Shown one piece after another: positions 1-14,165 of a stretch of DNA of 64,000 nt (positions within the stretch are counted from its first letter, which is position 1; the number at the start of each line of letters is the position of its first letter). The DNA lies in contig NC_058368.1 in NCBI RefSeq assembly GCF_018350175.1, positions 189,660,001-189,724,000 of the forward strand, in the 5' to 3' direction. Both the position numbers and the translations under genes were made by a program. The notes under the pieces were generated by a model. That model did no database searches, was not told the DNA's origin, and saw nothing but the letters and a program-made list of their open reading frames with translations. Source of the DNA: Felis catus (Eukaryota).

Positions 1-584
1 CATAAAATGGAGATAAGAGTACTGGTCAACGTGTATAATTGGAAGCCCTCACAAAAATCATTTTGAAGTACTTTTCAAATAAAAAATACTCTAATGTTAT
101 CTCCCTGCTAGAGTAGTGATTTGAAGCTGATGTTAAAGACAAAAAATAAAATTCCATATTTAGCTGTATAACTTTTGAGAAAAGTGTTTTAATGAATCAA
201 TCGGAGAAATTATGTCAGCATTATAGGGGAGAGACATGATGAGTAAGCAATGATACTATTTGGGGGTAAGGTAAGAGCTAATTTTGCCAAGGTTCTGTTA
301 TGCTTTCTCTCACCCTTTTCTTTCTCTCACCTTCTACTAGACTACCTTGTACCAAGGTCTAGGAGATCTTTCCCTGCCACTGTTTGTATTATTCTAGAAA
401 TGCCCCTTGTTACTCCTCCACCTATCCAGGTTTTAAGACCCTATTTAGGTCCTGACTCCTCTGTGATGTTCACACTATAGGTCTCACTCTCTCCTGTGCA
501 ACCTTATGGTTCAGTATTACTCAATATTGCCATTGACTATTCACACTTGTATTGATCTGGCTTGTCAAACAAACTGTAAGTGCC

Positions 585-936
585 TGTCTTTGTTCAGGCT
601 GCTATAACAAAAATACCGTAGATTGGGTAACTGAAACAGCAAATCTATGTTTCACACAGTTCTGGAGGCTGAGATGTCCAAGGTCAAGGTGCCAGCAGAT
701 TTGGTGTCTAATGAGACCCCACTTCCTGATCCATAGCTATCTTCTCTCAGTATTTTCACTTGACAAAGGGGTGAGAGACCTCTCTGGGATCTCCTAATAT
801 GGGCACTGAACACATTCATGAGTTTCCAAGCCCATGACCTAATCATCTCCCACAACCCCATCTTCAAATACGATCACACTATGGATTAGATTTCAACATA
901 TGAATTTGGGACGACACCTACATTCAGGTTACAGCA
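585..936 (-). mobile_element. MaLR solo LTR, MLT1A-like
   Basis: Reverse-orientation MLT1A-like text: 'gttcaggctgctataacaaaaatacc...cacagttctggaggctg...tccaaggtcaaggtgccagcagatttggtgtct...ttcaacatatgaattt'. Subfamily assigned from memory. Confidence 0.8.
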
Positions 937-984
937 GAGCCTCAAAGGGGAGAAGTATGCATTACATGTGTCTCAGATCCTCCA

Positions 985-1038
985 CATGACCTGAGCCAAA
1001 GTTGGACACTTAACCAACTGAGCCACCCAGGTGCCCCA
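985..1038 (-). mobile_element. CanSINE 5' fragment
   Basis: 'catgacctgagccaaagttggacacttaaccaactgagccacccaggtgcccc' is the reverse complement of the CanSINE tRNA-derived head. Confidence 0.8.
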
Positions 1039-1224
1039 AAATATAAAACCAAAATTTAAGTGATTTTTCTTTTTGTCTCCTTGAGGGCAGGGATATGTAT
1101 GCTTTGCCAGTTTACCCTCAGAATCTAACATAGTCTCTAGCATACAATTAATTCTTTAAGAAGAATTGTTGAATAAATGATTAATTAAGTGGGAGATATT
1201 CAACTAATAATAATCATAGAAACA

Positions 1225-1480
1225 ATGACAACATTCATCAAGTGTTTGCCATATGGCAGGGTTATATTTATATAATCTATATTATCATCTGTGTAATATT
1301 TACAGTCTCATCTGAGACTCACAACAAACTGTGATGCTGGTTCTGTAATTAAGCCCACTTTAGAGCCCAGATAGAGATGGGGAAACTGATGCACAGACAG
1401 GTTGAATGACTGGCCCAAGGTCACACAGCAATCAAGGATGCAAACCCTGTCAGTCTAACTCCATGACCCAAGCTCTTAAT
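1225..1480 (-). mobile_element. MIR SINE (degenerate)
   Basis: MIR core-like 'agatggggaaactgatgcacagacaggttgaatgactggcccaaggtcacacagc'. Confidence 0.7.
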
Positions 1481-2449
1481 AATGAAGCTAATATTAATGT
1501 TTGGACATTCTGACCACCTTTATAATGGCCCTGAAGATGAAAAGCATCCAGAAAGAATTTCAGGTTTTTCAAGTGATCAAAGGCACAAAATATAGGACTA
1601 AACTCTCATAAGCTGGCCCTCAATGCAGTTGACTGGTCAATATGCTGCCTTATGAGACATTGATAGAGAAGAGACAATGAAGGAAATTAAGAAAGTCACC
1701 ATACAAACAGAGAAGCAGACAGGCAGAATGTGATGCCAATGCTGTTTGGAGCTTCTGCCGGAATTCACTCAACAAAATTTTATGAATATTCATATGGGAA
1801 ATACCTGAGTATCAGAAATACCCCAATGAGTAAGAGAGTCAAGGTGCCTACACTCATGAAGCTTCCATTCTACTAGGAGAAATGAAGCATAATCCAGTAA
1901 ACCAACCGAGATAATGTAAGACAGTGACAAATGCTAGGATAGTAATAAAATGGGGTAATAAAATAAAGGAAAGCCTTTGCTAGGGAGTATCACTGATGCA
2001 GAGACTTGAATGTAGAGAACATATACCCATGAAAAAATCTGAGGGAAGTTATATGATCGCTTTTGTTTTAAAAAAAAAATCAGTGGAGGAAGAACTATTA
2101 TTGAACAAGAACAGAAATAGACAAGTTAAAAGGCTTTTCTCAAAGACTAAGGGAGATGGTTATGGCTTGTTCTTGGGTGGCAGAAGTGGAGACGATGAGA
2201 GAGAAGAAATGGATGTCACTTACGGTGCAGCCCTGGGAGGTGCCTTTGGGGGAGAGAGAGTTATGGGATCCCAAAACTACCTTTTTAATCTCTTCTTCCC
2301 TTAACATGCCTGTCTGTCCATTTCAGGAAATAATGAAGATCATCAACATCAAGAGTCAATATCCAAATGCATCAATAGGATAAAAGACCTTAAACTCTTC
2401 TAGTCCCAATGCTATCCTTTCCAGACTCCAAGTCCAAATTCCTCTAGGA

Positions 2450-2772
2450 CAGGGGTCAGCCAATTTTTCCTATAAACAGCCAGAAAGTAAGTATTTTCCA
2501 GCTTTGCAACCTCATGGTCTCTGTCAGAACCACTCAATTTGTACAGTGCAAAAGCAGTCACAGATCATAACTAAACAAATGGGTGTGCCTATGTCCCAAT
2601 AAAAATTTTAACAAACAATGAAATTTTGATTTTGTATTATTTTCCCATGCCACAAAATATTCTTCTTTTGATTTGTTTTCAACCATCTAAAAATGTAAAA
2701 ACCATTCTCAGCTCATAAGATATATGAAAACATGCAGTATTTGGCCCAAGGGCCAGAGTTTGCAATTCCCTG
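2450..2772. mobile_element. hAT-Charlie MITE, MER58B-like
   Basis: Termini CAGGGGTCAGCCAA ... TTTGCAATTCCCTG. Near-perfect 8-bp TSD ctctagga (2442-2449) / ctctaaga (2773-2780), as expected for hAT elements. Confidence 0.8.
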
Positions 2773-3987
2773 CTCTAAGAGGATGCTGGCTAGAACAGGA
2801 TCTCTAATAGCCCCTCCCCATTTAGTTTCTTATGTGGCATCACTCCTATGGGCTCAATATATGTCATACTCATGTCTTACATATAAACATAAGCCAGATT
2901 TTTTTTATTCCCCTCCATGGACTTCCCCTGGGGACTCAAGGGTCTAATAGCCAGAGTGAGCACATTTTGCCAACAATCCTCACTTTCCATAATGGAATTT
3001 AATTATTTGGCCTGAAAAGCATTTAAGCTTCACTATACAGAAAGAGTCAAATAAATAAATAATAAAGGGGCACATTTTGATAGCACCTGCCTCAAAGATC
3101 TTAAAGGCACTGTCATGCCTGCTTTAATATTTTATGGTGTAGAAATGTGACTGTTACCAGGTCATAAAAATATACTGCTTTTTATACCAGGTCAAAATCT
3201 AGGGCCAGTAGTCCTGTTTTGTGGTAGGATGCAGAGAGCCAGCCAGAAAAGAGGATAGTGTTACCTTTTTTGAAATCTGAAGAGAGCTATTTAAAGATGA
3301 TGGACCAGATAAATGCATATTGGGTATTTTTTTTCCCTCTCCTGCATCTCGAAACAGAAGGTTTCAGAGTCTGCCAGCAGCTGGTGCAACATTCATTATT
3401 TACCACTGAAAAGCCAAGAATCTCAGCCTCTGACCCTCCATTGTTGTTTAGGCATATTCTGGAAAGAGCTGAGGGGCAGGCAGGTGTTTCCTGGAGCCAG
3501 TAACACAGGGTATCTATGCAAACACTCCAAATCTTCAAGTTGGAAGTGACACTAGCAACGATCTACCCTGCATCCTACATCTTGGAAGAAAGACTCACAG
3601 CATCGCTGACTGAGGATGATACCGTCATGGGGCAGGAAATTTATCCGCTCCCTGGGCAGGCTTAGTCATCACTGGAGACAGAAAAATTGTTATTTAATTT
3701 TCACAACAATCTGAGAAAATAAGAACCATTTTAATGTCTGTTTTAAAGCAAAGGACACTGAAGTAACCTAACCTGCTCAAAAATGACACAGTGAGTAAGC
3801 GCCAGAGCTGGAGTTTGAACCCCAGTTTCTCTGGCTCCTCAAAGAGACTGCAACCAGCCCTCTCATCATCCTCACCTCCCACCTCTCAAAACCCTTTCCT
3901 GTAACAAAATATACAAGCTGCCCAGAATTCCTACCTAAGGAAAAAGACAATTTCCAAGATGGGGATGAAAAAGAAAATGAGAGAGAC

Positions 3988-4024
<37 letters not shown>

Positions 4025-5829
4025 GAGGAGTTCCCCAACCAGTTAGGTACTATGACAAAGCTAATTACTGATGTACAAGCAAACAAATGCAGAGAAAGGT
4101 TTCTGGCACTATAAAACAGAGATTAATTAATACTAGATTACAATGGAATTCCTATAGAATTACACTTGATCCAGACCCCAGAATAACAAAGGAATTCAAC
4201 ATGATTAATGCTTTGAATAGCAAGAGATCATCAGAATGATTTACCTCTTATTACTAAAAAGAGCTGCCAGATTGCTTTAAAAAGCTTGGCTAGCACAGGA
4301 TATTGCTATCTCCACTGCAATCAGCAGTCTGAGTTTACTCATTTGACAGGAGCACGGATTCTTTGCCAAGTCTGCTTCTGCTTCAGTTTTCCATATCTGT
4401 TTTTCTCCCTTCCTCCCCCTGGCCCCACCCTCTCTCCCAGTTTGGAGGAATTCTGAAATCCCCAACAAGCTCAGCTTGGGTCATCAGCTGGGTGTTCAGA
4501 TGAACCAGTTGCAGGCAATGGGCAGCAAAAGCAAAGCCAGCCTGGACACGGGTACCAGCTGTTCTGCCAGCTCTGAAGGGGCTCTTTTATTTTATCTTCT
4601 CACTTTTCCTGTTCAGAAAAAAAAATCTTTGCTGGTGAGTCATTTGTGGCCATAGGTGTTTAAAGCATTTATACGAGGAGAAAGACAGATTGATGCCTTT
4701 AGCACAGTCTGCCCTCTCTGGTCTAAGGAGAGGTCAGGAGGATGACAAGAATACTAAAGCTTAAGACGACAGAGTTGGCGCCAACATGCATTTAAGCAGA
4801 GACTAAGAGTCCAGAATTCCTGGACATCATAAAGAATCTATTATCATTGTGGTCACTTTCAGCAAGACTGATTTCATTACCATCTGTCTTCATCCACCAC
4901 TGCTTAGTGAATAAATATTAAATATGGAACTTTTCCTGGACTCAAGTCACTGAGGCCGAGAGGAAAGCAGTTATGTAACCATGTGATCTCTGCACACCTC
5001 ATAGATAGAAGGAGAGCAGATGAAGCAAGGGGGTCGAGTGGGGGTGCATCAGGGGAGGGAAGCACTGTGGAGTAAGATAAGATCATTAGCTCTACTGAGT
5101 CGAAAATAAGGGTTCAGTTCTCGGTTGAGTAATAATTCTCTTTTCAAGGTGGGCAATATTTAAGCAATCATCTCTTGAAAATTGGTCATTACCACCAGCT
5201 AATAACTGATTTGTTAGTTAATAGCCCAAGGTGAAGCCAAGGGCAGCAAATGCTCTGGCATACCATTCTTTGATGACAGGATTAACAGATTTCAAGGGCA
5301 TTATTGCTATTATGAACCATGTTCATTGATTTATAACAACACTAATATGTTTTATAAAAAGTGGGTGCAATGTCCTGGAAAAATTCATCATTGTCTGGTA
5401 CTCTGAATAGCCACCACGCCATGTCCAAGAGAGACACCCTCTGGTCCAGTTCTGGGCATCATCAAGGTCTAGGCTCACCCTGGGTGTTTTGCACAATGTG
5501 GGATTAGGGAACCCAGAGCAACATCACTCAGAAGGGCCCAGACTATAGCTTTAATTACAAAAATGCCACTTCTTCCCCTAAATTTGTCCTGATCGTGTAT
5601 TTTCATTAAACCTGCCACCATAGAGTCTAGAAGGAAAAAGAGTAAGATTTTATGACTGGCTCATCTGACGAGTGGGATTGGCATGGGAAAAGAGCAAGAC
5701 TCATTAATTTTTTATTTTAGAATTTGTTTCCTTTTTGAATGTTTAATAAAGTTAGCTCAAAAAAAATCTTGAAGTTAAAGCTTTCATAAGGAGCCTGGAA
5801 TCTTGTCTCTTTTACTTATTATGAAAATC

Positions 5830-6380
5830 CTTTTTCCCCTTCTTCCTTGGGGGGCACAATTGTATGCTTCAAAGAAGGCAGGACCCCTCCCAATTCCCAA
5901 GAGTAAATCTTAATTTATCTAAGCTAACCACAGTAATTCCCATTCTCTCCCAGTGATTGGTTTAAGAGTAGGCCTGTGATCCAGTTCAAACCAGTAAGAT
6001 TAAGGAGAGATTGGGAGAGGGATTTCTGAGAAAGGTTTTCTTGTGCCTAAAATCAAATGTGCAAAAAGATAGAAACCCATTTTTCCACTCTCAGTTTAGG
6101 GGGTGAGGAAGTGATGCCTGGAGCTGCTGCAGCTTTATTGCCATCAAGAAAATATGTTAGTTCAAGGACTAAACCAAATAGGGTAAGGATGGCCGAGCGA
6201 GAAAGATGGAAATAACCTAGGAATTTCACTTGGTTGACCCTCCAAATGAACCAACCATGCAACTGCCCTATCTTCAAACTTATTATTTGACATGATAAAA
6301 ATGTCCAGATTATTTACACCATTTTTCATTGGGTTCTTTCTATTTACAGATGACAACACACAATCTGATACACTCCTGTA
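5830..6380 (+). mobile_element. Old MaLR LTR fragment (MLT1J/K-like)
   Basis: Motifs 'cccagtgattggtttaag', 'gtgatgcctggagctgctgcagct', 'gaaagatggaaataacctagg'. Boundaries approximate. Confidence 0.55.
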
Positions 6381-7043
6381 GCCTGCCCCCAAGAAATATA
6401 AGACCCACAGAGAAGAAAGTGAAGTCAGCATGATGACACATGCTGAGGATGCAGGGTTTAGAAATCCAGAGAACTTTTTAGGAGAGTTCCATACAAATGA
6501 ATGACTCCTTGCATCCTAAAAATTAGGTGGGGTCTTTTCTGTGACAAATACAAAATGAATATGTACATGAGCTAGAAAAAATAACAGTTATCTGCACCAA
6601 AGCTCTCAAAAAAAAAAAAAAATCAGAGTGCAGCTGCTGGAAATCAATTGGCATACCCAGTGAAAATCCATCCACAGCTGACAAAGTTAGAGGGCTTTAC
6701 CTCTAAGCCAGGGGTACTGGGAAGAAGGAACATGGTGTTAAGCCAGGTCCTGGAGTCAGGCCTAGAAGTGGCATACAACACTCCAACCCACCTGCTGGTG
6801 GCCAGAACTGTCGTATGCCCACCTAACTGCAGAGGAGGCTAGGAAATGTAATTTAGCTACGTGCATGGTGACAAAGTAAAAGAATATAGTGAGCAGTATC
6901 TTCCACATCCGAAACCCAGAAGGCTGAATGCTGTACACTCACTCATATAGGCCCATGACTGACCCCTGGCTACCGCAGACTATATCTGACCAGACTCAAG
7001 ACTTTTCTAAGAGCTTCCTTGGTGGGTTTCAGTCTGTCACACT

Positions 7044-7478
7044 TGACAAAGATCCTTTGCTTGACAAAACTTTAGTCAGTTTCCTGAACATTCTCCTAGG
7101 CCCAGCTGTGCACTTTCTTGTAAAATCTAGTTTTAGCAGAAACCCTGCCAAATCAGTTTAACCAGAATTCTCCACCCTGGATATCTGATCAGGTTCCTCA
7201 GCCTTCACCATCACCCAGGTTATGTCTGATCACCTTGGCCTATCTTCAGCAACAATCCTGTTAGGTTGGGTTAGCCAGGACCCCTCATTACACCTGATGT
7301 TTTCTCTAGTAATTTTCCATTCACTGATCTCCACCCTGCTCCTTGGCATTAAATTCCCACTGGTCCATGCTGTATTCAGGGCTGAACCCAGTCTGTCTCC
7401 TCCACTGTAAAATCCCATTGCAGTCATTCCTATTGCAGTGGTCCTGAATAAAGTCTGCCTGAACATTTTTCTTTAACA
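7044..7478 (+). mobile_element. ERV1 solo LTR, MER31-like
   Basis: Starts TGACAAAGATCC, ends CTTTAACA, and has AATAAA near 7447. Flanked by cact/gact (4-bp TSD, one mismatch). Body resembles MER31 ('aaaactttagtcag...ctcctaggccc...cttgtaaaatctagttttagcag'). Confidence 0.75.
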
Positions 7479-8278
7479 GACTAAAAGCATGACCCTTGGG
7501 GAGATAAAGACTGAAGAGTTGGATACTCTCAAACATGACAGATTCTTCCGGGAAATTATCTTCAGTTTAAGAAAAATTATACATCTTCCAGGATCTTTCA
7601 CCTTTCCAGAAAAAGCAGTTTCTCCCTTTTAGGAATTTTCTGTTCCATTTTCCAAAAAATACACCCATGAATATATAAGGGATAAACTCCATACTGAGTT
7701 AAAATAGCTTTCTTTAATGTGGACCCACAGCATTTCCTTCTGGTTGTCCACTCCACAGAAAACTACAGTCAGAGAAGTCCTAATCCAAGGATCGTAAAGA
7801 CTCTTTGATCTAGGGATCACTTCATCAAGGCATTCACCCATTCATAGTCCAAGTTCATCCATGTCATCCTCAGAAAACCTTCCCAAAGTACCTGGCAGGA
7901 AATTCACTGCTTTCAATTAGACACCAATGAGGTGATGTCTGGTTTGTATTCAATAGGATAATTATTAATTCAGTATCAAATTATTAATTTATGCCAGAAA
8001 CTAAAGAATGGATGCTGTCACATTACAGCATGAATAATAGAGGAGAACAGCCCTTGGACCACACTTTGAGAATCTCTAATATAATTGATTGCCATTCCAA
8101 ACTGATCCCATCTGGGCAGAACCGCATGACCAGTTTGCTCTCTCAATCTGAGCAACACTGATTGAAAAGGGAAACTTTTATTTGGTGAATGATCAACCTC
8201 ACTTGAAGCTGACATTTTTAACATTGAAGGTAAAAGCAAATGTTGACTAGTGAAAATGTTACAGGCAAAAACTTATAT

Positions 8279-8283
<5 letters not shown>

Positions 8284-8312
<29 letters not shown>
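8284..8312. repeat. (TG)n microsatellite
   Basis: Read directly from the sequence. Confidence 0.95.
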
Positions 8313-8318
<6 letters not shown>

Positions 8319-10820
8319 GCTTTAACAGGAGTCTTTTTATCCCATAAATTCTTTACCCTTGTAATCTCTAGATTTATTGAGTACTTACTATTTGCCACAA
8401 ATTGTTCTAGAAGGCTTTGCATGTTTTATTCCATTTACTCCTCAGAATAATCCGATGAGGTGCATACAATCCCTGTCTTTATTTAACAGGTAAGGAAAAT
8501 GATGCATTTATCTAACATCACATTAATACCTCATACTTGTATCAGATACTGCAGGTTATAAAAATACTCTTACTTGACTTATCTCATGTGATGCTTATAA
8601 CAACACAGGAGGTGGACAGAGTATGTAATATATTTCCCCTTTAGAGACAAGAAAATTGATGCTAAGAGAAGTTAGTTTACTTGAGTAACATCTCTCAGGA
8701 AATGTTGGGGCCAGGACGCAAATCTGGATCATCTGACTCCCAATCTCATTGCTCTACATCACAAAACTCAATTGTAAAAGCACCCACAGACTGCCATTTC
8801 ATGTTAAGAGAACCAAAAAATTAACTTTGGAGTATATCTTCATACTCTTTAGTAGAGCCAACCCAAAAGTAATATGAAAAGAAAACATAGATGCAAAATA
8901 CTGCCTGAACAGTGGTGTTGAAACACCTTTCCTTTAGTAGAGAGAAGACAATGTTTGTAGGAGAATCAGCTCCATCATGTCCACCTACGAGGACATATCA
9001 ACTGAAAATCCATAAGCATTGAGTCGAGAGTAAACGCAGGAATACATTTCAAGGCCCAGAGGTATGAAATACTGAACAAAGTCCCCCTCCTCTGGGAAGT
9101 CCCTCCCAACCTCCTCAACTCACAGTGATTCTTCCTTCTTGTGAATGTGTCTTTCCCTCACAGTCTATATCACAATGTAGTGCCTGATGATATCTGGGAT
9201 TTACTATCTCCTATGTATTACAAATACATGTCTAGCCATTTGACTTCTAGAAAGTAGACACCATATCTCCCTTTGAATTTTGCATCGACCAAAAGATTAG
9301 CACCATTCTGGGTCCAGATGAATGATAACTAAAACTTGCAAAATATTTTTAATGATAATAGCCTTTCCACTAAAACACTAATATTGTTTGATAAAACTAT
9401 TCATGAGTATATCACATTGTATTGAGATTTCATTCTGTGATGCTATATTTCAGTGTACATCATTTGAACCATGTCAAATATTATGTATCGAGAGCTACAC
9501 AGTAAGAGGTATATTTAAGACAGTTTCCCCACAGTTGCACAGATAGAGATGGCTGGTTAAATATTTGGTATTTATATACAGTGTATGTAAACCAATCATT
9601 GTAAAGATACATTGTAGCATTCCCACTCAGCAATTTTAATGAAAACAAGCCTTTAAATCTCTATTACTGTTTAGAGAAAAATTGAAGTATTTTCACAACT
9701 CAGATACCTAATGAACTGTATGTATCTTTTCCTTTGTCTTAAAGGATGAGCAGAAATGGGTAAGAGAGGCTATGCTTGGCAATGATATTACTGATTATTG
9801 GAAGATCTTTTACTACTGCCTTTACTATACAGACCTCCAGTGATTTACACACCAAATTTGTGAGCATCAATATATAGGAACGTATAAAGTAGTTGACAGC
9901 ATAAAAAGGTTGATGGTCAGGAACAGCCAGCAGAAAACCTTGTTCATTGTCATTTATCATGCTAGGAATGGAGGATAAGAATAAATAATAACTCACTGTT
10001 TTTTATCTCTACAGAAACACTTCCACATTATCTCCCTCAGTCTGAGAACCAAAGCTATGTTCCTGGACACAAAACCCCACTTACTTAGGCAAAACATCCT
10101 GGGCAGTAAGAAGTCAGCCTGCTAAGCTTTTGTGTAGCTATATGCCTGCTACATGCGTATTTGCCAAGACCATAAGAATGCCTATAACCACCTAATAGAT
10201 GTGGCCACACATTAAAACTACTGTTTCCAATTATGCTCAGTAGCACGAAGAATTATCCATAAGCTGGTCCATGAGTGCAGTTCTTGGCCTAACTAGTCTC
10301 TCTGACTCATTGGTATCCATGAGGTTGGGTGCATTTATGACTATGATCTAGAAAAGCAAGTGGGTGGAAACATAGACTTCTTCACAAAGCCAGAACAAAT
10401 CCTAAGTCTAAAGACAATGAAGGCTGCCTGCCAGTCAGCCCTAGGGAATAGTACACAGTATCCAAGACCTGTATTTGCAAAATTGACCTGAAAAACAACT
10501 CCGGAATCTGCTACCTGCTAAAGCAAATACTTAGACAAAGATAAGTGTTGGAGAAGATTGGTAGCATGTTTGGACAATTATAGGACAAAATGCATTTCCA
10601 ACATAGCCTTGAAATGTTTGATCCATGGAAAGAAGGAAGAAAAAAAATCCCCGAGTATAGACTCTCGTTCTAACTGCACAGATAGTTAGCAGCGTTAAAT
10701 AAGATGACTGAAACTTTCTGGACATGTGTTGTCTCACCATTCAAATGGTGATGAGACTATAGAATCATCTACAGCAGTAATTTACTAAATTAAAAAAAAT
10801 TGAACAATTACACTTATCGG

Positions 10821-11192
10821 CTATCTTGGTTTGGGCTGCTATAGCAAAAATACCATAGATTGGGTGTCCTATAAACAGCAGAAATTTATTTCTCATAGTT
10901 CTTGAATCTGAGAAGTCCAAGATCAAAGTGCCAGCAGATCCGGAATATGTGAGAGGCTGCTTCTCAGCTCAATGGCTATCTTTTCATTATGTCTTCTCAA
11001 TGTAGAGAGCTAAGAAAGGAAGAAGCAAGCTCTTTCATGCCTCTTCTTATAGGGGCACCAATTACATTCATGAAGATTCCACTTTCATGACCTGGTCACC
11101 TTCCAAAGGCCCCACCCTCTAAGGCAATCACATTGAGGGTTAGGATTTCAACATATAAATTTTGAGGTAATATAAACATTCAGTCCATCACA
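10821..11192 (-). mobile_element. MaLR solo LTR, MLT1A-like
   Basis: 'tttgggctgctatagcaaaaataccatagattggg...agaaatttatttctcatagttc...tccaagatcaaagtgccagcagat...aaacattcagtccatcaca'; same family as 585-936. Confidence 0.8.
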
Positions 11193-11629
11193 TAACCAAA
11201 GGTTTCACAATTTTACCCATAGATTCCTTCTAATTTTTGAGGTGGATGCTATTGAGTCCTGAAAGTTTTTATAGCTACATTAAGCCTTTAATCTAGGTGT
11301 TCTGAGACAGCATTTCCCAAAGCATGTGCTATAGACTGCAAGTTCCAAAAACAATCCATAAAGAAAAAATTCTATGATAAAATAAATTTGGAAAACACAG
11401 AATACCATAACCCCAGGGATATTCAGTATCTATATTAGTATGTTAAAGGCACTTAGAAGTCTTTTGTGTGTGTGTGTGGCACTTAGAAGTCTTAAAGGAA
11501 CTTTTGCTTTGTTTAGCTCATATCCCTTGATTCCTACTGCCTTCCACTGTCCCTATTTGCACCTCTTTGTCTAAGGTCTCTCTCTCCCTCCCCTCCTCTC
11601 TCTCTCTCTCTCCACTCCCAATTCCCACC

Positions 11630-11968
11630 CCAAGCCTCAAAAGACTGTTCTGCCTGCTAGCTGGCCTGAAGTACCAGGAACTCATACCCCAAGAGCAGTC
11701 CCTCAACCAATAACTGCCTATAATTATCCCAGCCCTCTGCTGTTTGGTTGGGATAACTCTGAAGTATGTGCTTTATACTACCTCCCTTAGCTTCCCCCAT
11801 AGGATTAACTTCTTGTTGCCCACAGTGGTTGCTGGCTTGATGAGGTGCCAGTTATTAGATGCCTTCTCTTCTCCACTATCTTACTTCCCCACTTCCCACT
11901 TCCCAAATAAACTACTTGCACACAAATTTAACTGTAGGGTCTACTTCTGAGATAACTCAAACTAATAT
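11630..11968 (+). mobile_element. ERVL LTR fragment, LTR16-like
   Basis: 'gttgggataactctgaagtatgt...gttgcccacagtggt...cccaaataaactacttgcac...ctacttctgagataactcaaactaa'. Confidence 0.6.
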
Positions 11969-12029
11969 TCCCATGGTTTCCCACACATGTTTGATGACAG
12001 ATCAATCTTCACAGAACACTTTTTCAATT

Positions 12030-12540
12030 AGACAAACCTCTTGGTGGCAAGTGAGAGAAGCCCAGTACAAACTGGCTAAAACAGAAAAATTTATTTAAAT
12101 CCAAGAATAGGCTGGCTTTAGGCCTAGAGGACTCAGGCTCTTGGACAATGTCATGTTGACTTGCTCTGTCTCCTTTTCTGGGCTCTACAGTCCTTTGTGT
12201 TGGCTTCATTCCAACACGCTCTCTCCACAAGGTGGAAAAGTGACCATTAGCACTGAGCTTACATTCTCTCTTTTCAGCAACCTCAATGAAAAAGGGGCTT
12301 CTCCTTCCCAGTAGTCCTAAAAAGGGCCCAGGATGAATCTCACTAGATTGTCTTTAGTCACATGGTCATACCTGCACCAATTCCCAAGACAGCTGATAGA
12401 CTATGCTGACTGAACAGTCCTGGGCCATCAATCCACCTCTGGACTCAGCCACACCCAAACCACTTGTACCAACAGCAGGGAGAAGTAGTTCCTTGAAGGC
12501 AAATCAGGGTATTACTACCAGCAGAAAGAAATGTGAACAG
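12030..12540 (-). mobile_element. Old MaLR LTR (MLT1K/L-like)
   Basis: 'ggtggcaagtgagagaagcccagtacaaactggctaaa...tgttggcttcattc...ttagtcacatggtcatacctgcaccaat...taccagcagaaag'. Confidence 0.55.
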
Positions 12541-13819
12541 ATAACCACTCCACTCTTTAACACTCTACAGAACTCACTTTGGGAGATGCTGTTCTATAGC
12601 ACTCAGAACTACTTCTCCAAAATTCCTGAGAATGTCTTTCTCAGAAACAGCTGAAAACACACTTTAAAAAGAGTTGAGTCTCTCTGACAATTTCATGTCA
12701 GCCCAATACACCATTTATATGTGACCATTTATACATGACCACTTTTCTGGTGTTACCAGTTTTCTACTTGGCTTTATGGCTTGGATACATTCAAAGAAGT
12801 ATTTATTGATAATCATCTTTGGCATTTCTTGTCAAAAGAAATTCATTTCCTTTCCATCAATCTAGAGCCTTATGATAAATTTCTTTACCACTCCTATCAA
12901 AAAAAGGTGGCCAAATAGCCTTAAGCAAATGGGAGAACACACTCACAGCAATGAAAAGACTAATAAATGAATAATGGAGGTTAGAAATGTACTCTATAAA
13001 TCACCTATCCACTAGTGGAGTTTTTTTTTTTCCTTTCTTGTCTTTCCCATAGGAGAAAAGATTCAAACCCCAAAACAAAAAACAAGTAGAAAAAAAAGAA
13101 ACACAGAAGTATTTAACTGCACACTTGTGGTTATACTGGTTTTCCTAGAATTTACTACAATGCCAGAAATTAATTTATAAATAATGGCAAGCATGGGATC
13201 TCAAACAACATCACGTGAAGAAAAAGAAAACACCTCAAGAATGTTCTAATTGGCAAGGAAACACTCATCTGTGGCTGGAATAGCCAAAAGAGAAGGGCAA
13301 GTTTCACATACCAGCCTTGAAAAGCATTATTGGTTTTCAAATTCTAAAAGAATATAATATTGTCTTTCCAATTTTTTTTCCTATTTCTTGTCTCTGCCCC
13401 TAAACTCACTCCCCTGGAGGAATCTCACTGAAATGGGGAGACTCATCTACATTTTAAGAGCCATCATGCTACTTTCTTTGATCTTGTTTTGATCATTCTC
13501 CACTTTTTAAAAGAAGAGTCCTGTGTCATTCCTATTTTATGAAGCTTCCTTCACAAATATAACTACTAATGTTTATCATAAAAAAATGCACTACATTAAA
13601 ATCATATGATTTCAAAGTTCCTTGGTCTACCAATGATAAGCAGATTTTCAAATATAGAACAGTCCCTCTCTGACATTTCGTCTGTGGTATCTACTATACT
13701 CATGCACGCACGAGCTTGGAGACAGGCATGGATTAATTCAGTGCTGCTATTCATGCCCCAAGTGGCTACGCCCCTCTCACCAAGTGCACTCATATGGGCA
13801 CACTCCCATTTCATGAGAC

Positions 13820-14165
13820 TACTCTCCCCCAGGTATCCATGGACATCTTCAACACTAGGCCTATGTAACCCAAGCAAGAGGGAACTTAGCTATGAAAACA
13901 TGAAAAGACTCAACATTAGGAAGCCAGGAAATGAATAATGAAGCATCAATTTCATTCAGCTATTAAAAAAAACATTCTTCCAAAGGATATTAATGATGTG
14001 GGAAAATGCCAACAATAAAACTTTTTCTAAAGAATGAGAAGAAATATACTCAAACATTAATTAATAACATTCTGTCTCTAGATAAGATTATTAGTAGTTT
14101 TTTTCCTTAATATTTTTCTGTTTTTCTCATGTTTTCTACAATGAATATCTGTTACTTTTTAATCG
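13820..14165 (+). mobile_element. Ancient L1 (L1ME-like) 3' end fragment
   Basis: L1M 3'UTR-like text ending 'ttttctacaatgaatatctgttactttttaat'. Confidence 0.45.
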
